The notes under the pieces were generated by a model. The model was not told where the DNA came from, ran no database searches, and saw only the letters and a program-made list of their open reading frames with translations. DNA of 63,909 bases, counting the filler, from Octopus bimaculoides (Eukaryota): assembly GCF_001194135.2 (NCBI RefSeq). It is 4 parts of 4 records of this genome, joined end to end, with 100 filler letters (N's around TTAATTAATTAA, not from the genome) between each part and the next. Parts side by side here need not be neighbours in the genome. Positions count along the whole stretch, not along the records: positions 35,974 to 60,346 come from NC_069005.1; positions 60,447 to 63,909 come from NW_026411503.1; 2 more parts are not named here. One strand, written 5' to 3'. This document shows positions 54,728 to 63,909 of this stretch, one piece after another. The position numbers and the translations under genes were made by a program. The first letter of the stretch is position 1, and the number at the start of each line of letters is the position of its first letter.

Positions 54728-55596
54728 ATGAATGTGTCGTGAGAAACTTAGCTTGGTGGCACCCATTCCTCTCCAAGCTGTTAGCCATAACTGTATGTCT
54801 CTACAGGAGACATGCCTTGGCCCCCGAACACTAGGCCGTTCACCTGAGCAGGTTCCTCCGCTCGAACCGGTGACTCATTGAGAAGCCATACCAGGAATCT
54901 TTCTGCTACTTGGATTAACCCACCGGCTGCAGTGGGATACCAGGGGGAAAAGTTCCTGGTTTTGTGTAAAAGAAAATGCAAGAGGATCAGTTAATTATGA
55001 TTTTATTCAACATATTCCCCTCTCAAATTCACACACTTATTGCAGTGGTCCTGTAAAAGAACTCGGAAGTTGAGCCTCTAACCAGGCCTTTCGTGATACC
55101 TCTAACGCCAGGAACATTTCAGCACCCCTCGTAAGTCCCACTGCTCAGCCCAACGGGCAATTGCTTTCTACTATAGACCCGAGCCTACCAATGCCTTATG
55201 AGGGAGTTTCAAAGATGGAGACAGCATGGAATCCTGTCATATATATATATACAGGGTAGCCACTTTAAAACTGTATGTATGTATGTATGTGTGTGTGTGT
55301 GTGTGTACTTGTGTTTTTCCTCCTCTATTGTTTGGCAATTGGTGTCGGTTTGTTTATGTCCCGAAGCAGTGCAATTCGGCAAAAGAAAGCGATAGAAGAA
55401 GTACCAGACTTGAAAAAATAAATATTAGAGTCGATTTTTACGACTAAATTCAAATTCTTCAAGGCCGTGCCCCAGCATGGCCGCAGTCCAATGACTGAAA
55501 CAAGTAAAAGATAAAAAGATAACATTGTTTTATATTTTCATGTGTATGTATGTATATATGTACGTACGTATGTATGTATGTATGTATGTATGTATG

Positions 55597-55630
<34 letters not shown>

Positions 55631-57333
55631 TGTATGTATGTACAAATGGGTATATACATGTGTGTAAGCATATATGAATGTATATACCGTATTTTACGAC
55701 ACACTTTTTAGTAAAGAATGTATAAAATACTTTGAAAATTACCCGGCATCTGGCACGATATTGTTTAAGTTCTTGCTGTGGTTGTTTAACGTTCAACTGA
55801 AATCAGCCTGTTATAAAGACTATTGTTTCAACACTTAGTAATCGCAATTGTTTGTATACTAAAAAAAAAACATTTAATATATATACTAATAGGGCTTCGT
55901 TTCTTTTTTAAACTCTGCTGAAGAATAAGAGAATAACAGCTTGCACTTTATTTTTTATTTCTTTATTTCGGTACTAATACCCGTTTGTCAGAAGAAAAAT
56001 GGAGGATGGGGGTCGAGCGCGTATCATTTGCTCGGTGTGGCCAAGTGGAAATAAAGAAGAGACAACTACAGTTTAAATTTTACTTTATAGCTGTTATATT
56101 TCGGTATTTATACGTCTTTGTCACAGAAAAATAGAGGATGGTGTTGAGCGGGGGCACCTTCTGCTCAGTGTAGCTTAAATGAAGTAAGGAAGAGAGAACA
56201 ATAGTTTAATTTTTACTTTATAGTTCTTATACTTATGACATCGTCTACGTAGGAATATATTATCCAATGCTTTCTCATGTATTTTTTCTTTTTAAAAGTA
56301 TGCGATTCGAGATAATATGACACTATTTTCAGAAAATTGAGCGATCATGCAGAGGCTCCTTTATTAACTGGGGATGGATCATTGATTCGATATTAGTCTT
56401 CTACAATCTGAGTTCAAATTCCACTGAGGCTCACTTTCGCCTTCCGCCCTTCCTAGGTCGATAAAACTAAAATACCAGTCAGAAACAGCGGTCTATCTTA
56501 CCAAATCTGAAACTCTGTATCTCTGGTGTGGCGGGGATTGATATTAATGTTTTCTAGAATGCTCTAAAAAGGTTATATATAATAACAGAGCGAGAGAATA
56601 TTGTTGATGGGCATGCTGAAGAGAGTGAAAACAAGATAACAGACACAAACGCAAAAAGAATTTAAGTAAAAATATAAATTTATTTCAAAATACATTGCTA
56701 GATTCACTGGTTTGCTTGAGTTTCTAGTTGCACAAACTGAAAAACAAAATGACAGAAATATTACTTATAAGTCATGAATCGGTAGTGATAAATCACGTCT
56801 AAGCAAATAACTACTTCTGAACGCATATTATTGACAACGCTCAAACAAGCAGAAATACATCAGGCATTCTCACTGCTAGCCACTACTGGGACGATTTTTG
56901 TCTCATTACGAAATACATTGTCTTCAAACACATCACGTCCATAAGAGATATCTCAGGATACGATACTGCAGTAAATTTGTCTTTCAACAATGTATTTACA
57001 TTAAGTATGATACATAAACAGCAATTTTAATCTAATACTGCTTTTATTGCATATAACGGATTTTTATACAGCCTAATGGCTATTTGCAACACCAGTAGAT
57101 GTTTATACACTATTTCCTATATTTCGGTAGCGACAAATTTCGTCTGAGTATGTTGTTGGCTGTGAGTATATGCCATTGACAACACTCAACGAGGCAGAAG
57201 TACATTTGGCGTTCTCACAGCCGCTGTTGAGGCGATTTTCGTCTCCCTCCGATGTATATTATGTCTTTAAACACAGTATATCCGAACAAATACCACAGTA
57301 AATTTCCCTTTATTTACATTATGCATGATACAC

Positions 57334-57398
<65 letters not shown>

Positions 57399-57727
57399 TA
57401 TAAATAGATAGATAGACAACGAGCTTCTTTCAGTTTCCGTCAACCAAGTTCAATCACAAGGATCTGGTCGGCCCGAAGCTGAAGTTGAAAACACTTGCAC
57501 AAGACGACATGCACTGGGACTGAACCAGGAACCATATAGTTGGGCAGAAAACGCCCTACCNNNNNNNNNNNNNNNNNNNNNNNNNNNNNNNNNNNNNNNN
57601 NNNNNNNNNNNNNNNNNNNNNNNNNNNNNNNNNNNNNNNNNNNNNNNNNNNNNNNNNNNNNNNNNNNNNNNNNNNNNNATATATATATATATGACAATAA
57701 AAGAAAAGTAATGTACAGGCAGACAGA

Positions 57728-57805
57728 AAGAAGAAGAAGAAGAAGAAGAAGAAGAAGAAGAAGAAGAAGAAGAAGAAGAAGAAGAAGAAGAAGAAGAAGA
57801 AGAAG
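57728..57805. repeat. (GAA)n microsatellite
   Basis: Perfect run, read directly. It explains the poly-Arg and poly-Phe pseudo-ORFs. Confidence 0.95.
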
Positions 57806-58086
57806 GTTTTTAACATCTCTTGTAGATATGCTAGATAGTATCTAGAATTACGTACCAAGAATATTCCGTGATTTCAACCAAAAAAGCAAAGTTATGGCAC
57901 CAGATCAGTATAAGCCTTTAGACTTAAAAGTGGCATCACAAGGGACATAACCTAATAAGAACAATGGCGCCAAAATTAGATACAGGTATAAAGATATAGG
58001 CAAATCATTAAAAAAATCATAAATGCTTATAAATGATCTTGCGCGTGTGTCTATGTGTGTGGTGTGTGTGTGTGTTTGTGTGTGTG

Positions 58087-58118
<32 letters not shown>

Positions 58119-58207
58119 GTGTGTGTGTTTTGGCGATACGAAAGCTGAAAATAGTGATGCATCGTGGTATCAAATTCGATTTAGCCAAACATCCATACCA
58201 CATATAA

Positions 58208-58239
<32 letters not shown>

Positions 58240-58552
58240 GTGTATATATGTGTGTATGTTTATATGTGTCTATGCGTATATATAGGGGGTGTTTGTGTAT
58301 CACAAGACATTGGTCGATCCGTAGCTACAGTAGAAGACATTTGTTTTAGATATTACGCAGACGGATTGAACCCGAAACCATGCGGTTACAAAACGACCTT
58401 GTTGAGCACACCACCATGTCTGCGCCTATGTATAGAAAATGTTCGTGCCTTTAGTTGTACTCTTTGAATATGCTAATTAGTTTTTTTGTCTTTTTCTTAA
58501 TTCATCCATATTGTAATGAAGAACTATTCCCTTCTCTCTGTACAGCCCTATG

Positions 58553-58888
58553 GTGGGTGCGCAATGGCCCAGTGGTTAGGGCAGTGGACTCGCGGTCATA
58601 GGATCGCGGCTTCGATTCCCAGACCGGGCGTTGTGAGTGTTTATTGAGCGAAAACACCTGAAGTTCCACAAAGCTCTCACATTTTCTTCCTGTTTCTGTT
58701 GTACCTGTATTTCAAAGGACCGTCCTTGTCACACTCTGTGTCACGCTGAATCTCCCCGAGAACTACGTTAAGGGTACACGTGTCTTGGGAGTGCTCAGCC
58801 ACTTGCACGTTAATTTCACGAGCAAGCTGTTCCGTTGATCGGATCAACTGGAACAGCCTGCTCGTCATAACCGACGGAGTGCCAACCA
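58553..58888 (+). mobile_element. tRNA-derived SINE (inverted copy at 63265-63598)
   Basis: Head gcgcaatggcccagtggttagggcagtggactcgcgg..ttcgattccc and tail ..gttgatcggatcaactggaac..gacggagtgccaac. The reverse complement matches 63265-63598. Confidence 0.8.
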
Positions 58889-60045
58889 ATCAACAGCCCT
58901 ACGCTAGTTGAAGATGATTGTTTTTGTTTTTTAGTGAGCACAAAGTATATAAATCGCTACATTGAAGAACTTATATGCCATCTAATCTCACAACTCATAC
59001 ACTAAAGAACTAATTTCCATATTTCTTGATCAAAAAATCGTCGTAATTTACTTCGGTTTTTTTTTNNNNNNNNNNNNNNNNNNNNNNNNNNNNNNNNNNN
59101 NNNNNNNNNNNNNNNNNNNNNNNNNNNNNNNNNNNNNNNNNNNNNNNNNNNNNNNNNNNNNNNNNNNNNNNNNNNNNNNNNNNNNNNNNNNNNNNNNNNN
59201 NNNNNNNNNNNATTATTTGGATATTTAACCAATTGACTAATAATAAAGAAGTGGAATTGAACCAGTGCGTATGTTAATAATATTGACATAATGACTCTCC
59301 CTAAACATAATAAAATCGTCGTAAAATGAGTAACTTCCTTAGCTTCATGACAATGTCTATGTTCGTATCTGTTTTGGTAGTAAAGGTTTTCACAAACACT
59401 AAAACTTCCAGTGAAAGATATTTATAAGAAAATATGCGAAATTTTGCTATGTCAATTGAGGTGAATCTCCAGGCTTTTTTTTTTTTTCTAAACTGTCTAA
59501 CCATTTGATTACGTTGTTGCTGCAATTCCATTATGATAACCTGGTGGTTTATTTCTGTTTTTAGAGTATAAAGAGCTAAATACACCATGCTCCCCCCTGG
59601 GAAGAGTTTATTTGTATGATCTTGAGATTAGATGGGAAGTTATATTTGCCGTCCTTAAATGTGATGTATAGTTTTTTGCAGAAGGTGATGTTATACACGG
59701 CTTTCTCTAACTGGGGTGCTTGTGTTTCTGCCTCGTCATATACTGGGACGTTTACAAAGGAGAGAAAAACGCATAAATGTATTTAAGCGTGGTTGGATAT
59801 ATCAAATATAAGTGTATTAGTGTATATATGTAAGTTACGTCATGAAAATGCCTTGACAGGGGCTATTGTACCAAAGAAACCATAAAAGTAATGATGGCAT
59901 TTTTTAACTTTTTTAAAAATCAGTGAAAGTAAAACTATAATCCTTACCTGATAAGATGCAGCGTTGTGGTTATGAGATGTGGAAGTCTCAACAGTTTCTA
60001 TTGTAGTTAATGTAGTTGTTGACTGAGTCGTTGTTGCTTCACCTA

Positions 60046-60100
<55 letters not shown>

Positions 60101-60346
60101 GCGAGAAAGCAACCATACTCTGGGATATGCCAATACACACAGATAGAGAAATTAAGGCAAATAGACCAGATATAGTTGTCAAAGATCACGAAGGAAAAAA
60201 AATGCTTTCTAATTGATGTATCAATACCAGCAGATGACAACGTTTCTCTAAAAGAAATGGAAAAACTTTCAAAATACAAAGACCTGGAAATAGAGATAAC
60301 TCGAATGTGGAACCTAAAAACAGAAACAATTCCTATCATAGTAGGT
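60101..60346 (+). mobile_element. 5'-truncated R4/Dong-like LINE directly after (TAA)n
   Basis: EKATILWDMPIHTDREIKANRPDIVVKD and CFLIDVSIPADDNVSLKEMEKLSKYKDLEIEITRMWNLKTETIPIIVG form the PD..D.K endonuclease, with a one-base frameshift in an A-run. Preceded by (TAA)n at 60047-60100 and cut by the join. Confidence 0.92.
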
Positions 60347-62050
60347 NNNNNNNNNNNNNNNNNNNNNNNNNNNNNNNNNNNNNNNNNNNNTTAATTAATT
60401 AANNNNNNNNNNNNNNNNNNNNNNNNNNNNNNNNNNNNNNNNNNNNACCCACTCACCCCACCAAAGTTGCTGGCCTTGTGCCAAAATTTGAAATCATTAT
60501 GCACTTTTAAATCAGCCAGAATGTATGATCTGAATTCTGACTGTTCTAGGTCATAAATTATTTTCAGTTATAATTAGGAGTGTATTGTCTTTTCTGGTTG
60601 TCCTCGATACCAATATCTGGTCAATTAGCCTTAACGTTCCTGTTTGTGTCACAAAAGCACACCCCAAAATATGATTATATTATTATTATTATGTATTCTA
60701 CTCTATTATTATGTATGATGTTTTATTTTTTTTTGTGGTTTTATGTGTTCGTATTCCCTCTTATTTACTGGTATTTTACAATACTGACGTAAATTCCAGT
60801 AGTAGTGGTAATAGTTGTAGTTGTAGTAGGAGGAGTAGTAAATAAGGTGCAATTGTGTTTCAGGCTCACAGGCTGTGAGTACAAATCCATGTTTAAGGGG
60901 TTTGTGGTGTGGCTCCCTGGCAAGACATGTTCACCATACTTGCCCCTTCAGGGATCCTAACACCTAATGTAGAATATATATTTTTTCACATTAATAAAAT
61001 ATGATCAATTACTATTATTATTATTACTATTATTGTTATATATAGAAAGATGAGTTCTTAACTTTCTATATATTACATTTCTGCTGAGTTTACAGTCCTC
61101 TCTATATACTATTATTGTTATTATTAATAATATTACAATTATTATTATCATTATTATTGTTGTTGTTGTTGTTGTTGTTATTACCATTACAATAATTGTT
61201 ATTGTTGTTAAGGCGACGAGCTGGCAGCATTGTTAAACACACCGGGCGAAATTCTTAGTGATATTTCGTCTGCCGTTATGTTCTGAGTTCAAATTCTGCC
61301 GAGGTCAACTTTGCCTTTCATTCTTTCAGGGTCAATAAAATTAGTACCATTTATACACTGGGGAGGGGGGAGGGGGGGTCGATGTAATTGACTTAATCCT
61401 TCCCCTCCAAATTTGAGGCCCTGTGCTTCCAGTAGAAAGGATAATTATTATTACTGTTGTTGTTGATATTTGTTACTATGGTTATTTTTGGTGTTGTTAT
61501 TAGGGTGGCAAGCTGGGTCAATATTGACCAGTAATTAGCCATCAACATCGACAGGGAAGGACATGCCAGACAATGTAGTTATTGTTGCTGTTGTTGTAAT
61601 TATTGTTGTTGTTGCTCTTATTGTTATATTGTTGTTCACATTAATCAATAGTTGTCCCTGGAGGCCACATATAAAGCATACCTTGTGGTATTTATTTAAA
61701 ATAGGTCCTTTTACATTCTGAGTTCAAATCCCATCTAAGTCAACTTTATCATTTCATCCTATGGGGGTGCTGCAGCAAGAGAAAAGAAAAGAAGTACCTG
61801 TGATATACTGGGGTACTCAAGCTTAATATCGAATATACATTTCAGATTCACAAAAAATATTCTGGTTGGGCAATCAGTGGAACTACCTGTTTAATATTTA
61901 AATGTGTCGATGGCTGAGTATATCTCAGTCAACTATGATACACATACACACTTATCACACACACACACACATACACATGTATGATTGACCAGAATAGCCA
62001 TACATTCATACATACATACATGTACACATATATGTCATGCCTACATATAC

Positions 62051-62083
<33 letters not shown>

Positions 62084-62122
62084 TTTAGACATACATAAAC
62101 ATATATATATATGTACACATAT

Positions 62123-62176
<54 letters not shown>

Positions 62177-62859
62177 AAATACACATTTGTATACATGCAT
62201 TTATATATGTATGTGTGTATATAGACACAAATATAAGTAGATAAATGAACACACACACATATATATATATATATATATGTATGTATGTCCATATGTACCA
62301 TCTCATTATGTTTATACATCCATACAAAGATGCATACACACATACATGTGTATATATATATATATATAAAACAAATAATAAATGAGTATATGCATATATA
62401 CGTACAGATATATATACACACACATCTAAACGTACAGAGTGTGTATTGTTGACCTTTCCAATCCTTGGGCAGCTATTTTTAAAACTCACCATGACTACCC
62501 CACACCACCACCACCACCACCACCACCACCACCACCACCACCACCATCTCCACTACCACTACCATCACCATCACCACCATCCTGATCGCATCCTCTGCCA
62601 ACTGGATCTCAAGTGGAGCTGAAAGTATCCATTATGAGGTGGTGATGGTGGCAGTGGTGATGGTCATGGGAGTGGTTGGTGTTGGCATGGTGGATGTGGA
62701 GCGATGGAATTGACATTTCAAAACCAACACTACTGCCATCATCTTCGTCATCATCATCATCCTCCTCTTCATCATTAGCAGCAGCATCATCTTTGTCATT
62801 ATCCTCATATGCTATATGAGGTAGTCATGGATAGAAAGCCTTTGATCATAGATCAACTG

Positions 62860-63750
62860 GGTCAATATTGACCAGTAATTAGCCATCAACATCGACGGGG
62901 AAGGACATGCTAGACAATGTAGTCCCAGATTCACTATGTTCGAATAAAAGACAGGATGGTCACGACTGGATCAGAACACTCCAACTGCAACAACAACAAT
63001 AAAGGACACATGTGATAATGTAGTCCTAGATACACTATTGTATAGCAAATAACAGTTACACTGTTGACCATAGGTCTACTGGATCAGGATAGACCTGGGG
63101 TTAAAAAAATAACAACAGAGAAGCACATTAGATAATGTAGTCCGTGACACACTATGGTTACAACTGAAGCATCTTTGATCAAAGTTATCTGAATCTGGAC
63201 TGGCCCGGGGCTAAAATAAACAACAGCAGAGAGACACATTAAGTCAATGCAGTCCTAGATACATGTTGGCACTCCGTCGCTTACGACGTTGAGGGTTCCA
63301 GTTGATCCGATCAACGGAACAGCCTGCTCATGAAACGGAACAGCCTGCTCGTGTACCCTTAATGTAGTTCTCGGAGATATTCAGCGTGACACAGTGTGAC
63401 AAGGCTGACCCTTTGAATTACAGGCACAACAGAAACAGGAAGTAAGAGTGAGAGAAAGTTGTGGTCAAAGAGTACAGCAGGGTTCGCCACCATCCCCTGC
63501 TGGAGCCTCGTGGAGCTTTAGGTGTTTTCACTCAATAAACACTCACAACACCCGGTCTGGGAATCGATCCTAACCACTGGGCCATTGTACCTCCACCTTA
63601 GATACATAATGTATGAATAAAAGACATGATGGTCATGATGAGAACATTTTTGATTTTAAGTCTGTGGGATCAGGACTGACCTAGGGCCCAAAAAACAACA
63701 ACAACAAGGAAGGACATATTACTTAATGCAGTCCTAGATACACTATGCCT
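62860..63750. repeat. Degenerate tandem repeat of about 110-150 bp (core aatg(t/c)agtcctagatacactatg), interrupted by a SINE
   Basis: The core recurs near 62917, 63017, 63135, 63246 and 63725. A related ~65-bp block at 61516-61579 is nearly identical to 62860-62923. Confidence 0.7.
63265..63598 (-). mobile_element. tRNA-derived SINE with 9-bp target-site duplication
   Basis: TAGATACAT at 63256-63264 and 63599-63607 flanks the reverse complement of the 58553-58888 family. Confidence 0.85.
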
Positions 63751-63867
63751 CCCAAAATAAGGCCAGTGTTGATTTTTCTTGTCACCCAAATCGATGTGAA
63801 CATGTATACGTAGAAAATATACATATATGTATGTATGTGCATATATATATATATATATATATGGGTT

Positions 63868-63909
<42 letters not shown>

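Noticed and set aside
56613-56635. CTGAAGA..GAAA as another hammerhead (also CTGATGA near 39476)
   Set aside because: No stem II, stem I or stem III can be formed, so these are chance core matches.
62910-63145. AATGTAGTCC cores as ZNF143/SBS motifs
   Set aside because: They lack the TGGGA half of the motif and are explained by the tandem repeat unit.

Overview
AT-rich, microsatellite-dense eukaryotic genomic DNA with many N gaps. The SINE, LINE and microsatellite content resembles an Octopus (coleoid cephalopod) draft assembly; this is recognised by pattern, not by a database search. One host gene is supported: a + strand secreted-type matrix metalloproteinase with six in-phase GT-AG exons (36988-37245, 38967-39392, 40533-40694, 43764-43891, 47215-47366, 50600-50708; about 411 aa visible). 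It has an intact [11 protein letters not shown] zinc motif, a Met-turn, an unusually long Thr/Ser-rich then Lys/Arg-rich hinge, and a four-blade hemopexin domain. I could not find its signal peptide, propeptide or first catalytic exons; a scaffold-join marker lies about 1 kb upstream. The rest is mostly decayed mobile DNA: a TIR/TA-bounded Tc1/mariner (rosa-like) element, a CR1/L2-like LINE, R4/Dong-like LINEs in (TAA)n tracts, RTE fragments, mariner-type MITEs and several tRNA-SINE families. The most interesting non-coding structure is a ~1.67-kb palindrome (28856-30528) built from a ~573-bp tandem unit that carries a minimal type I hammerhead ribozyme, as in Penelope-like pLTRs or retrozymes. 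Two shorter hammerhead-like motifs lie in sense orientation on either side of the last MMP exon. Three 44N-TTAATTAATTAA-44N spacers are assembly joins, so adjacency across them is unproven. No CRISPR array, rRNA or genuine tRNA gene was found.
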